Position numbers and translations under genes: made by a program. Shown here in pieces: positions 10,479-24,001 of a DNA stretch of 64,000 nucleotides. The DNA is from Escherichia coli (GTDB taxonomy: Bacteria > Pseudomonadota > Gammaproteobacteria > Enterobacterales > Enterobacteriaceae), in the NCBI RefSeq assembly GCF_041248615.1, contig NZ_CP158426.1; one strand, written 5' to 3'. The stretch's first letter is position 1. Every line of letters begins with the position of its first letter. Below the pieces are notes generated by a model. The model was given only the letters and a program-made list of their open reading frames with translations, was not told the origin of the DNA and did not search any database.

Positions 10479-11384
10479 CTATATTTCCAGACACCTGTTA
10501 TCACTTAACCCATTACTGGCCTGCTGCCGCAGATATTCCCGTGGCGAGCGATAACCCAGTGCACTATGCGGATGCCATTCGTTATAATGCTCGAACGCCT
10601 CTGCAAGGTTCTTTGCTGCCGTTAACCCGTCTGGTTTAGGCATGATACTGATGTAGTCACGCTTTATCGTTTTCACGAAGCTCTCTGCTATGCCGTTACT
10701 CTCCGGACTCCGCACCGCCGTGTTCTTCGGTTCAAGCCCCAATATCCGGGCAAACTGCCGTGTTTCATTAGCCCGGTAGCATGAACCATTATCCGTCAGC
10801 CACTCTACTGGAGACGCCGGAAGCTCGTTGCCGAAGCGGCGTTCCACCGCTCCCAGCATGACGTCCTGTACTGTTTCACTGTCGAAGCCGCCCGTAGTGA
10901 CTGCCCAGTGCAGTGCCTCACGGTCACAGCAGTCCAGCGCGAACGTGACTCGCAGTTTTTCTCCGTTATCACAGCGGAACTCGAACCCGTCAGAGCACCA
11001 TCGTTGATTGCTTTCTTTCACGGCCACTTTGCCAGTATGTGCCCGTTTCGATGGCGGTACAGCGGTTTTTCGCTCAAGCAACAGCGCATTCTGGCGCATG
11101 ATCCGGTAAACACGTTTGGCATTGATCGCAGGCGTACCATCAAGTTCGGCCTGTCTGCGAAGCAGCGCCCATACCCGACGATAACCATACGTGGGCAGCT
11201 CTCCGATAACATGGTGTATACGGAGAAGCACATCCGTATCATCTGAGTGACGGCTGCGGCGACCATCTTTCCAGTCATCGGTTCGTCTGAGAATTACGTG
11301 CAACTGCGCACGCGACACCCGGAGACAACGGCTGACTAAGCTTACTCCCCATCCCCGGGCAATAAGGGCGCGTGCGCTATCCAC
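10479..11384 (-). CDS. insD: IS2 OrfB (InsD), DDE transposase catalytic component
   Basis: 301-aa ORF starting [15 protein letters not shown]...; overlaps insC as expected for programmed -1 frameshifting in this family. Confidence 0.9.
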   Translation of the reverse strand: MDSARALIARGWGVSLVSRCLRVSRAQLHVILRRTDDWKDGRRSRHSDDTDVLLRIHHVIGELPTYGYRRVWALLRRQAELDGTPAINAKRVYRIMRQNALLLERKTAVPPSKRAHTGKVAVKESNQRWCSDGFEFRCDNGEKLRVTFALDCCDREALHWAVTTGGFDSETVQDVMLGAVERRFGNELPASPVEWLTDNGSCYRANETRQFARILGLEPKNTAVRSPESNGIAESFVKTIKRDYISIMPKPDGLTAAKNLAEAFEHYNEWHPHSALGYRSPREYLRQQASNGLSDNRCLEI

Positions 11385-11707
11385 TTTTTTGCACGCCCGT
11401 ATTCAACGGCTTCTTTAAGGAGTTCATTTTCCATCGTTTTTTTGCCGAGCAGGCGCTGGAGTTCTTTAATCTGCTTCATGGCAGCAGCAAGTTCAGAGGC
11501 AGGAACGACCTGCTCTCCTGCGGCCACAGCAGTAAGACTTCCCTCCTGGTATTGCTTGCGCCAGAGAAATAACTGGCTGGCTGCCACACCGTGTTGCCGG
11601 GCAACAAGGGAGACCTTCATTCCCGGTTCAAAACTCTGCTGAACAATAGCGATCTTTTCCTGTGTAGTACGCCGTCTGCGTTTCTCCGGTCCTAAGACAT
11701 CAATCAT
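11342..11707 (-). CDS. insC: IS2 OrfA (InsC), helix-turn-helix transposase component
   Basis: ORF 11342..11752 trimmed to [13 protein letters not shown] (121 aa). Confidence 0.9.
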   Translation of the reverse strand: MIDVLGPEKRRRRTTQEKIAIVQQSFEPGMKVSLVARQHGVAASQLFLWRKQYQEGSLTAVAAGEQVVPASELAAAMKQIKELQRLLGKKTMENELLKEAVEYGRAKKWIAHAPLLPGDGE

Positions 11708-11798
11708 CTGCTCTCCAATGACTAGTCTAAAAACTAGTATTAAGACTATCACTTATTTAAGTGATATTGGTTGTCTGGAGATTCATGGGGCCAGTCTA

Positions 11799-11803
11799 CG
11801 GAG
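11799..11803. repeat. 5-bp target-site duplication (CGGAG), right copy
   Basis: Matches the left copy at 10463..10467. Confidence 0.7.
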
Positions 11804-12404
11804 TGTAGATTAGTCAACTTTCCTGAGACACCTATTTTTGGCAATTCATTTAAATATGATATTGAAGTATCGAATAAATCACCGGATGAAGAAGTCAAAC
11901 TGCGACGTCATCATTTAGCCAGATGTATGAAGAATTTTAAGACGGATATCTATTTCGTCTCCACATTCGAACCGTCAACAAAATCGGTCGATTTGCTCAC
12001 AGTTGAAACTTTTGCCGGTACGGTATGCAAACAAACCGATTCAGAGATGTCGAAAGAGTGGACAATTAACCGAGGACTGTATGCCTCTTTCCGCTATGAA
12101 GGTGAGTGGGAGCACTACCCTGAATGGGCGCGAAACCTCTATCTGATGGAATTACCTGCCAGGGGGTTAGCCAGAGTGAACGGCAGTGATATTGAGCGAT
12201 TTTATTACAATGAAAACTTCGTCGAAATTGATAGCAATAACATTGTTTGCGAAATTTTTATCCCCGTTCGCCCGGTTTAGCCTGTAAATCCATCACATAA
12301 GATTTACCCTACCCTGCCACCGTCTAATCGGTACCAGGGTAGGTATTCAGTAAATAATGGCACTGCGCATGTCAACGCCATTATTATTTATTACATCGTC
12401 GTTT

Positions 12405-15400
12405 TTATTTCTCCTCAGCACCTTCAGTATCTGCAGGAACGGCGTTAATTGTCACAGTCACTGGTTTCATTTCATACCCTCCATATGTCAAAGAGTTGAA
12501 TGTGAATGTGTATGTACCTGGCTTGTTGGTACTAAATGTACGCGTGATTTTCCCGCTCGCGAAATGGTCATTTTTCGACGGCAGGAACTGATAATCCGCC
12601 TCTGTCACCCCTTCCGGAGCCTCAATGTCGACCCACATGGTTCCTCCTACGGGGTTGACACCCGACATCAGAGTAACCGTCAGTGTTGCAGTAGTCTTCC
12701 CGTCCGCCACCAGAGAATCTACACGCTCTGGAGATGCAGCGAGCTCCGCGTTTTTATCATCCGCGACGAATTTAGATTCGGCAGTTTTCGTCGATTCCTG
12801 ACCGTCGGCCTGTTCCACTTTCGCCGTGAGTGTATATGTCGCTGCGACACTGGTCGTGGCGGTGAAAATAGCCTGTCCTTGCTCATTCGTTGTCGCCGTC
12901 CCATCGGGATCCAGAGCTAAATTTGCCGGGCTAGCAGTCAGCGTCACTTCGCTATCTTTCACCAAATTCTTATTGGCATCAGTCACCGTAACTTTATACG
13001 TTTGTTTGGCTTTGCCGTCCGCCAGTGCATAGTTGCCAATCACCTCAATACTGGAGACGGTTGCGGTAGCCTTATCGGCTACAAACGTTATAGTCTGCGT
13101 ATTCGAAGGCTGGCTATTCCCTGCCGATGCCGTGATCTCATACGTTCCGGCAGTCACTGAAACCACCTGCAACTCTGCTTTCCCCTCATCGTTGGCTTTC
13201 ACCCAGACATTATCGCCAGTAAGCGGCTTGACACCCCGGGGCAGATTAAAGGTCACCAGAGTTCCTGGAACAGGGTTACCGTTTTTATCCTCAACGGTCG
13301 CCGTCAGCGTAAAGGCATCTTTGCCGTTTGCCACTTTTTGAACGGCGGTGTCTACCTGCAGGTTTGCCTGACCGGTGCTGGCATCCGCGTTGAATTTCAC
13401 CGTGACCGTCTTCTGAGCACCATTCACCGAAGCGGAAATATAGTGTTCTCCCGCAACCGTTGACATAAGCTCAATGTCCACTTTACCTGCCGCATTGGTT
13501 GTTACTGTATTCCCCGTCTTGCTAGTCACACCCTGCGGTAAAGTCAGCGTAACTTCTTGTCCCTGCAACGGGTTACCATAGCTGTCCACGACGGTCAGGG
13601 TTACCTGGTTAGCAGACTGTCCATTTGCCAGTTGGTTATTCACCTTCACCGCCATATCACTGATCACTGCCCGGGAAGCGTCGCCTGCAACATTCAGCAC
13701 CAGTGGCTGAGCAACGGCATTTTGGCCGTTCACGCGTGGCATCACAGACAACTGACCTGCAGCCGATCCCAGCGTTAAGGTCGCCACGTAGACCCCATTA
13801 CCTTTCTCTGTCCAGTTTCCTGCTGAAGGACGCTCACTCCCCGTGCTGGCGGCACCGCTAAACACTGGTGCATCTGGCTTCAGCCCGGTGACCGGGTTCC
13901 CGTACGCATCCTTCACGGTGAAGGTGAGTTCCGTCGTCGTTTTGACGACCGGAGCCTTATTGTCCGCAACAAGCGTAGAGTTAGCTGATGACATCTCTCC
14001 AGCGATGACCGTCAACTGCGCGGCTTCGGTGGCTGCTGGCTGGCCATTGAAGAGAGGCATGACGCGAAGCTCGCCCGTCTTTCCGCCTGTGGTCAACGTA
14101 GCAACATAGGAACCGTCACCTTTTTCGGTCCAACTGGAAACGGTCGCCCCTTCAGAGGCGGTCCCCGTCAAACTTGCCGACAACGAAAGACCACTGATAG
14201 CGTTGCCATGTGCATCTTTTGCAATAAGCGTCACGGTTGTGCTTTCGCCGGCTTTTACGTGATCTTCTGCGACGGAGACTTTCGACTGGTTTGAAGATAA
14301 CGCATCAGCCACCACGGTTACTTTTGCCGCATTTGCTGCCGCATCCTGTCCATTTAGCTTCGGCATAACTTCTAATTCACCCGCCGTAGAGCCGAGAGTA
14401 ATTTGCGCAGTCCACGTCCCATCACCATTATTTGTCCAGCCCGATGCCGTAGAACCTACAGCAGCGGCACCCGCTAATGACGGCGCTTCCGGCGTGAGGC
14501 TGGTCACAGGGTTGTCATAGGCATCTTTTGCCGTCCAGATTGCCGTAACTGTACCGCCGACCACCGGTTTATCAGGATTCAGGGTGATGGACGAATGTGC
14601 TGCATCAAGCGGCCCGGCAACAAACTTCAGCGTTTGTTGTAATGTGCCCAGCTGATACTGCTCGCTGAAGGCACGCACAACAACGTTTCCGGCACGGGTC
14701 GAAGAAACCGTGGCGCTGTAAACCCCAGGTTTTATTTCCGAAATGGCACCAACGGTAACACCATTAGTGTCTTGCGGAACAAGTCGCAGGCGGCTGGCTT
14801 CTCCCGTCACCGGATTACCCTCGGAGTCCACCGCAGTCAGCGTCAGCGTGTAGGCTTGCTGACCATCAGCAACCACGTCACCTGACGGCTCGTTAGCACT
14901 CAGGGTGGAGTTTGCCACATCCATCATCGTGGCCCGCAGTTCTGCAGTGACGGTTTTGCTCATGCCATCAACGCTAACAGTAATCGTTGCCTCACCTGAC
15001 TGCGTTCCGGTAGTAAAGACAGACTGATACACCCCTGCTTCAGTTTCGGTGAACTCACCCAGTGTTGGCTTTGCCTGTGATTTAGTGGCCTTCAGAGAAC
15101 GAGTCACAATATTTCCAGCCGGTTTGAAAGTTAGTTCAGTCTTGATCTGATCTTTCATGCCCGTGACTGGCTGACCCTCGGCGTCGCGCAGAGACAGCAC
15201 CAGCGGCTTTTGCTCATTACCGTTAGCAAGCATTTGAATACGGCTCTGACCGTCAAGCGTTAACGCCGTACGATCGGCGCTCATACCAGCTCCGCTAATA
15301 ACCACTTCTGTCTGCACACGTTTCGAGGCATTGCCTTTGTTATCGTAGGCAATCGCTGAAACCGCATAATAATTGTCTTTGCCTGCCTGATAAGCCGGGA

Positions 15401-16655
15401 GCGTCACTTGCCACTGATTGCCCTGCCCCGTAATTTTTCCGCCTGCGGCCAGCAAAGACGGCGCTTCCCATTGCACATTTTTCAGACCGTGAGTTGCTTT
15501 GCTGACCACAAGCCCCAGGGAAACCGTCTGGCCGCCCTTGCCTTCAATACGCTCAGGCAGAGCAATACGGATCACTTCAGATTTGCGATACTCAAGAACG
15601 ATATTGTTATTACGCTCAACCAGGTCATAGCGGCTGCCTGCCAGCATTCGACGCTCGCGAATGCTGTCTGTATCGAGTTGTTTTTCCAGAGGTTCGCCAA
15701 TCCGATAATTAACTTCCAGGCCAAAGCGAGTGTCATTCTCACCACTCTTGCCCTGCTTATGCCCAGCACTCAGGGTCAGAAGAGGCACTGGCGTGTAATT
15801 CACTTCAGCGGTAATCGCATGTGGATCTTTCTGGCGTTTATCTTTACCAAACAGCCCGACTTCATCGCCATAATACTGTTCATACATCAGGCTTGCGCCA
15901 AGCTGCGGCCAGGCAGGTAAATAGCCCTCAGCACGAATATCCCAGCCATTCGCCGGGCGTTCCTGATAATCCTCAACATCCGGCGATTTTTTCCAGCCAG
16001 AAGCCCGGATATAACCATTGGCGCTCAGTTTCAAATAATCACGCCAGTATTCCGCACCAACACCAATGCGGGTATGACTACGGGATAAATCATGATCGAT
16101 AAAAGTATTCACCCCCGCCATCCAGTCATTTTCTGAAAAATGACGCCAGCCAAAACCAATATTTGACTGAGTACGATCGTCGGTACGATGTATTGCCCCC
16201 TGAGTGAATAACATATTTGTCGGTGTATCATAAATCGGATAAAGCATTTCCAGCGAAGAGTCCTTCAGCGAGAAATTTTTATCGACATTCAGTTTGACGC
16301 GCGCAGTACCATATTTCCCGAGCCACTCCTGAATTTCCTGGTTAGCTTTAGCGGTGGCCATTCCGGTAATAAAGTTACGTGTCGCATCGCTATCTGGCTG
16401 ACTGCTTAAAAATGTCCCGGCATTAGCGGCAAGCGACGCGACATTTTTCTCCACGTTATTATCAGCAGTTACCGTAGTATTTTCCATGCTCAACCGTGGC
16501 TGAACCGCATGCTGCGCACGTGCTGCCATTACTGGCGTAAAGGTGACAGCGAGTGGAAAAAGAACCTGAACAGAGATATTTGCCCACGCCACGCAGCGGG
16601 CCAGAACTGAATAACGAAATCGTGGTTGTTTATGACCTGTTTTATAACGTGACAT
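12405..16655 (-). CDS. eaeH: Intimin/invasin-family outer-membrane adhesin with a long array of Big domains; full length (1416 aa)
   Basis: Single uninterrupted 1416-aa ORF; N-terminal signal/beta-barrel region followed by repeated Ig-like segments. Confidence 0.9.
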   Translation of the reverse strand: MSRYKTGHKQPRFRYSVLARCVAWANISVQVLFPLAVTFTPVMAARAQHAVQPRLSMENTTVTADNNVEKNVASLAANAGTFLSSQPDSDATRNFITGMATAKANQEIQEWLGKYGTARVKLNVDKNFSLKDSSLEMLYPIYDTPTNMLFTQGAIHRTDDRTQSNIGFGWRHFSENDWMAGVNTFIDHDLSRSHTRIGVGAEYWRDYLKLSANGYIRASGWKKSPDVEDYQERPANGWDIRAEGYLPAWPQLGASLMYEQYYGDEVGLFGKDKRQKDPHAITAEVNYTPVPLLTLSAGHKQGKSGENDTRFGLEVNYRIGEPLEKQLDTDSIRERRMLAGSRYDLVERNNNIVLEYRKSEVIRIALPERIEGKGGQTVSLGLVVSKATHGLKNVQWEAPSLLAAGGKITGQGNQWQVTLPAYQAGKDNYYAVSAIAYDNKGNASKRVQTEVVISGAGMSADRTALTLDGQSRIQMLANGNEQKPLVLSLRDAEGQPVTGMKDQIKTELTFKPAGNIVTRSLKATKSQAKPTLGEFTETEAGVYQSVFTTGTQSGEATITVSVDGMSKTVTAELRATMMDVANSTLSANEPSGDVVADGQQAYTLTLTAVDSEGNPVTGEASRLRLVPQDTNGVTVGAISEIKPGVYSATVSSTRAGNVVVRAFSEQYQLGTLQQTLKFVAGPLDAAHSSITLNPDKPVVGGTVTAIWTAKDAYDNPVTSLTPEAPSLAGAAAVGSTASGWTNNGDGTWTAQITLGSTAGELEVMPKLNGQDAAANAAKVTVVADALSSNQSKVSVAEDHVKAGESTTVTLIAKDAHGNAISGLSLSASLTGTASEGATVSSWTEKGDGSYVATLTTGGKTGELRVMPLFNGQPAATEAAQLTVIAGEMSSANSTLVADNKAPVVKTTTELTFTVKDAYGNPVTGLKPDAPVFSGAASTGSERPSAGNWTEKGNGVYVATLTLGSAAGQLSVMPRVNGQNAVAQPLVLNVAGDASRAVISDMAVKVNNQLANGQSANQVTLTVVDSYGNPLQGQEVTLTLPQGVTSKTGNTVTTNAAGKVDIELMSTVAGEHYISASVNGAQKTVTVKFNADASTGQANLQVDTAVQKVANGKDAFTLTATVEDKNGNPVPGTLVTFNLPRGVKPLTGDNVWVKANDEGKAELQVVSVTAGTYEITASAGNSQPSNTQTITFVADKATATVSSIEVIGNYALADGKAKQTYKVTVTDANKNLVKDSEVTLTASPANLALDPDGTATTNEQGQAIFTATTSVAATYTLTAKVEQADGQESTKTAESKFVADDKNAELAASPERVDSLVADGKTTATLTVTLMSGVNPVGGTMWVDIEAPEGVTEADYQFLPSKNDHFASGKITRTFSTNKPGTYTFTFNSLTYGGYEMKPVTVTINAVPADTEGAEEK

Positions 16656-17205
16656 TGAGATAATTTCCTGATGAACGAATTAACGAACATAGGCAGACAC
16701 AAATAATGGCGTCTGCTTGTCAGAAAAACCGGGGATTTCCCGGTTTCCTTTTCCGCAGAAAAGGAAATACCTTTATGTAAGAAAGTACACCGCCACCTAA
16801 TATATCCAGTGTCTGTAGCCACTCATCAGGTGGTTGGGCGCGGGATTATATTTTTATTTATGGGTAAAAATTTAGCTTTTTGTGCAAGTTATTAAATAGA
16901 TACTTAAGTTATATTTCTTACTCTGCGGGCAGTGAATAATTCATTATTAAGAGTGAATAATAATGACCCGTCTTTAATTAACTGCTATTGGGAGTACGTC
17001 GAAGTGAGTATATACGCCAGGATAAACCAATATATTTTTTATGGACATTCATTTATATTCATCGGACTGTAAATTCCGGGGATATCGAACTTGCACTACT
17101 CATCGCAACACTCAAACAGATTTATGAATTTTGTTCATAACCCCTGACAAATCCTGCCGTCTAATCGAGCTTTTCCCTTTACGTTATGCTTCTCATGAAC
17201 GATAA

Positions 17206-20129
<2,924 letters not shown>

Positions 20130-20211
20130 CTAAACTTTCAGGAGATTTATTATGAATAAACGTATCCTCACGATTATGCCATTCTTCTTACCGATATTCT
20201 GACACACATCA

Positions 20212-21138
20212 TTAACTTTCTATTTTTACTCTTTTCTCCACCATAAAATCAATAAAAGCACGAACTTTAGAGGGCATTCTCACCCGTGATGAAACATATA
20301 TATAAAATCCAGGAAATGAAACGGCCCAATCCTCAAGAATCGGCTGTAACTTGCCCGCATTGATATGTTCAGCGATTGCAAAATCCAGATGTTGAATGAT
20401 ACCCGTTCCATTCAGCGCCATTCGTATCATGCTTTCGTCATCATTAGAAATATACTTACCTGAAACCTCTATTTCGAACTCTTCATTACCCCCCACAACA
20501 TTAGAAAACTCCCATGCAGAGAGTGCACCGCTACTTTTATGCCGCAACCGAAGGCAATTATGGTTACTCAGTTCCTGAGGCGTTTCAGGAATACCGTGTT
20601 CTTTTAAATAATCTGGCGATGCCACAGTAACCAGTTTAATAAGCGGAGAAACAGGAACGGCAGTCATATGCTCATCCAGTCCTTGCTCAAGACGTATGCC
20701 CACATCACAGCCGTCCGCAATAATGTTAGATAAACCGTCATCCATAATGAGTTCTATCTTTGTTTTGGGGTAACGAGTAAGAAACTCGCCAATATGAGGC
20801 TCAACAAGCATCCGTGCTGCAACACGGGAGGAATTTATTCTCAACAGGCCTGTAGGTTCAAGTTGGGTATCACCAACATCTTTCAAAGCATCATCAATTT
20901 GCCCCAAAGCCGACACCAGCACTTCATACAGACGCTGTCCTTCCTCAGTAAGCGACATATTGCGGGTCGTACGGTATATCAGCTTGGTGTTAAGACGTTC
21001 CTCAAGAGATTTTAAATTCTGGGACAATGCGGCCCGCGTAATACCCATTTCAGAAGCGGCTCTGGAAAAACTGCCGGCACGAACAATAAGCGCAAACCAG
21101 GCAAGAGAAGGCAAAATTGAAGGCTCTATTTTCATCAT
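20212..21138 (-). CDS. LysR-family transcriptional regulator, divergent from the hydrolase/oxidoreductase pair
   Basis: ORF 20212..21201 trimmed to MMKIEPSILPSL... (308 aa); LysR helix-turn-helix. Confidence 0.85.
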   Translation of the reverse strand: MMKIEPSILPSLAWFALIVRAGSFSRAASEMGITRAALSQNLKSLEERLNTKLIYRTTRNMSLTEEGQRLYEVLVSALGQIDDALKDVGDTQLEPTGLLRINSSRVAARMLVEPHIGEFLTRYPKTKIELIMDDGLSNIIADGCDVGIRLEQGLDEHMTAVPVSPLIKLVTVASPDYLKEHGIPETPQELSNHNCLRLRHKSSGALSAWEFSNVVGGNEEFEIEVSGKYISNDDESMIRMALNGTGIIQHLDFAIAEHINAGKLQPILEDWAVSFPGFYIYVSSRVRMPSKVRAFIDFMVEKRVKIES

Positions 21139-21294
21139 TGTAAACCTTAACTTAACACTGTGATAGATATTAGACCATTGATGATAACCAATACAAGTCA
21201 TACTATTACGCCGTTCTCGATATGAACACGAATGCCAGTTGCGGATAATAGAAATGATATTTAAATCTGTTTAGGCAAATCCCCGGAGCTTGAA

Positions 21295-22215
21295 ATGAAA
21301 ACTGTTTCGATAAAACATACTTACTGGGATATAGCTGCTGATATCTATTTCCCTGACGATTTTAATAGTGAAAAAAAGTATCCTGCCATTATCAGCGCCC
21401 ATCCAATTGGAAGCTGCAAAGAACAGACATCGGGTAGTGTGTATGGTGCCGCCCTGGCAAAAGCTGGCTTTATCGTCATTGCTTTTGATGCCAGTTTTCA
21501 GGGAAGCAGCGGTGGAGAACCGCGTTATCTGGAAGATCCAACAATGCGAGTAAAAGACTTCAGCATTGTCGTTGATTACCTTACCACCTTACCTTACGTT
21601 GATGCCGGGCGTATTGGTGTACTGGGTATTTGTGGTGGAGGTGGATATGCCATTAATGCCGCAATGACAGAACGTCGAATTAAAGCTATTGGTACTGTCA
21701 CGGGTGCAAACTACGGGCGTCTTATGCGTGAGGGATTTACAGCGTTTAATCCTATCGGAGCACTCGAAGCGATGGCGCAACAAAGAACAGACGAAGCTAA
21801 CGGCGCAAAACTTCGCGTAGATGATTTACTCCCCTCTTCTCCGGATGCAGCTCTTGAAGCGGGATTAACAGAAATAGACCTTTTTGAAGCCACAGAATAT
21901 TATCGTTCGCCACGAGGCTGTGCACCTAATGGGGTAAATCGTTCGCTATTCTCACATCAGACTGTTGCCGTGGGTTGGGATGCATTTCATCTTGCAGAAG
22001 TCCTGTTAACTCAACCAATAATGGTTGTGGTGGGCGATAGAGTGGGCGCATTTGGTGCCTACCGTGACGGCTGCGAAATTATTGGCCGCGCTGCCTCAAA
22101 ACATAAAGAGCTGGTCGTGGTTGAAGGTTATTCACATTACGACCTGTATGATAAGCCAGAACCTGTGAAACAGGCACTCGAAAAATTAATTCCTTTTTAT
22201 AAAACACATTTGTAA
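21295..22215 (+). CDS. Alpha/beta hydrolase with a Cys nucleophile elbow (dienelactone-hydrolase-like), cytoplasmic
   Basis: 306-aa ORF; GICGGGG in the position where serine hydrolases carry GxSxG; no signal peptide. Confidence 0.75.
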   Translation: MKTVSIKHTYWDIAADIYFPDDFNSEKKYPAIISAHPIGSCKEQTSGSVYGAALAKAGFIVIAFDASFQGSSGGEPRYLEDPTMRVKDFSIVVDYLTTLPYVDAGRIGVLGICGGGGYAINAAMTERRIKAIGTVTGANYGRLMREGFTAFNPIGALEAMAQQRTDEANGAKLRVDDLLPSSPDAALEAGLTEIDLFEATEYYRSPRGCAPNGVNRSLFSHQTVAVGWDAFHLAEVLLTQPIMVVVGDRVGAFGAYRDGCEIIGRAASKHKELVVVEGYSHYDLYDKPEPVKQALEKLIPFYKTHL

Positions 22216-22387
22216 TAATCTTACAGGGAGATTCCTTATCTCCCTGACATTTATCCTTTATTGACTACACAACAACAATAAAATTACTCAAAAAGAATTC
22301 TATTAAAGGAAAAAAGCATCAAAAAGTAGCAACTCAACTTATTAAGATTATACGCATTAAAATCAGATAAACATTTGAGGTATTGTT

Positions 22388-23530
22388 ATGACAAATAAAC
22401 ACCCATCATTGTTTTCTCCTTTTATGCTGACAGAAAAAATAAAGCTACGTAATCGTATCGTTATGGCCCCTATGACGACCTGGTCAGCGAATCCTGATGG
22501 AACCATCTCTGAGCAAGAACTCGAATTTTATAAACGCCGCTCACAAAATGTTGGTTTAGTAATAACAGGATGTACCTATGTCACGCCAAGCGGCATTGGG
22601 TTTACTCATGAATTTGCCGCGTATGACGACCGTTTCATTAACAGCCTTGAAAAGTTAGCAGCGGCAGCCAAAAGTGGCGGTGCTCCGGCTATTTTGCAGA
22701 TTTTCCACGCCGGTAATAAAGCCATCCCGGAGCTTGTACCAAATAACGATGTTATTAGTGCCAGCGCATCAAGCGTAAAATCTGGTGACTTTATGAAGAG
22801 AGTGGTACAAAGCAGGGAAATGACTGAAAACGAAATTCAGGAAACCATTAGAGCATTCGGAGATGTCACAAAAAGGGCGATTAAAGCAGGTTTTGATGGC
22901 ATTGAACTTCATGGTGCGCACGGATTCCTTCTACAGAATTTCTTCTCCCCTCTATTTAACCAGCGTAATGACCGATGGGGAGGAGATCTCGAAAGACGTA
23001 TGCGATTCCCGCTGGCCGTATTACAGGAAGTAAAAAATGTAGTCTATGAATATGCGACAAAGCCCTTTGCCATCGGTTACAGAATATCTCCTGAAGAATC
23101 TGCAACAGGGGGGCTGCGGATAGAGGATACTTATAAACTCCTTGATCGGCTCATTGCATCCGGTATTTCGTATATACATACCTCGCTGGTCAGTATTAAC
23201 GATAGCTACCCTGTTGAGTCGCCAAATGGCCCCCGAACTATTGAATTGATTTTAAATCATATTGCAGGCAGAGTGCCGGTAATCGCTGCAGGTAAAATAC
23301 GCACACCGTCTCAGGCTCAAGAAGCAATTTCCACTGGCCTGCCACTTGTTGCGATCGGTAAAGGGCTGGTGATAAATCCAGAATGGGTGACTTTAGCTGA
23401 ATCAGGTAGAAGCCATGAAATTCAAACAACCCTTAATCCACAACTTGTTCCTGAATTAACCATTCCGGATAAACTATGGGATCAAATTCAGGCATCGAAA
23501 GGAACTGGCTGGTTTCCGTTAATGGATTAA
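22388..23530 (+). CDS. Old Yellow Enzyme-family NADH:flavin oxidoreductase (ene-reductase)
   Basis: 380-aa ORF with a typical OYE N-terminus (...VMAPMTT...) and TIM-barrel flavoprotein length. Confidence 0.8.
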   Translation: MTNKHPSLFSPFMLTEKIKLRNRIVMAPMTTWSANPDGTISEQELEFYKRRSQNVGLVITGCTYVTPSGIGFTHEFAAYDDRFINSLEKLAAAAKSGGAPAILQIFHAGNKAIPELVPNNDVISASASSVKSGDFMKRVVQSREMTENEIQETIRAFGDVTKRAIKAGFDGIELHGAHGFLLQNFFSPLFNQRNDRWGGDLERRMRFPLAVLQEVKNVVYEYATKPFAIGYRISPEESATGGLRIEDTYKLLDRLIASGISYIHTSLVSINDSYPVESPNGPRTIELILNHIAGRVPVIAAGKIRTPSQAQEAISTGLPLVAIGKGLVINPEWVTLAESGRSHEIQTTLNPQLVPELTIPDKLWDQIQASKGTGWFPLMD

Positions 23531-24001
23531 ATATCTATTACTCTCCCGAGTGTAAAACTATCAAACCAATGAGTAACCGATACAGCCTCGCAAATTCTTT
23601 CAGATAATTAACCCGTCACTGCGGCACGTTCTCTCATAAGGCGTGCCTGCTGTGTAATCCAGTATGGATCCAGCATAGTTGACGGCTTAATAGACTCAAT
23701 TCCTTTCCCAGGTTACCAACAACGATATCTTGTATAACACCCCAGAAGATACGACATTATGATGAGATGAGGTATGCTCCTCAGCGCCAATCAACGCCAG
23801 GGCTGGGCCAGTTTTGAGATCAGACTCATTCCCGGACTGACTTCAGGCGACATATATCAATGACGTTGGGGCAATAAAAGATAGCCGATGTAATACATCT
23901 ATTCAAATTTGTGATACATGTCAAAAAATTGGTTGACCAAACTCGTTATTTATATAAGGGCACTTACGAAGTGCACTCTTTTTTAAAGCGAGGAAGTACC
24001 A

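Larger units (their letters stand above)
10468..11798 (-). mobile_element. IS2 insertion sequence, complete 1331-bp copy (IS3 family)
   Basis: Terminal sequences tggatttgcccc... and ...ggggccagtcta match the IS2 ends as I recall them; encodes InsC and InsD; flanked by CGGAG direct repeats. Confidence 0.9.
10087..12280 (+). pseudogene. ykgA: AraC/Rob-type regulator (N-terminal helix-turn-helix plus C-terminal GyrI-like effector domain) interrupted by IS2
   Basis: The N-terminal part (10087..10467) encodes the helix-turn-helix; the C-terminal part (11804..12280) encodes a GyrI-like domain; removing IS2 plus one copy of the target duplication restores a single in-frame reading frame (...QQKTE-CRLVNFPETP...). 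Confidence 0.8.

Noticed and set aside
12357-12920. 187-aa plus-strand ORF (and others at 13033..13341 and 15408..15920) inside eaeH
   Set aside because: Antisense to a confidently assigned 1416-aa adhesin gene; Cys/Arg-rich composition typical of out-of-frame translation; no ribosome-binding site.
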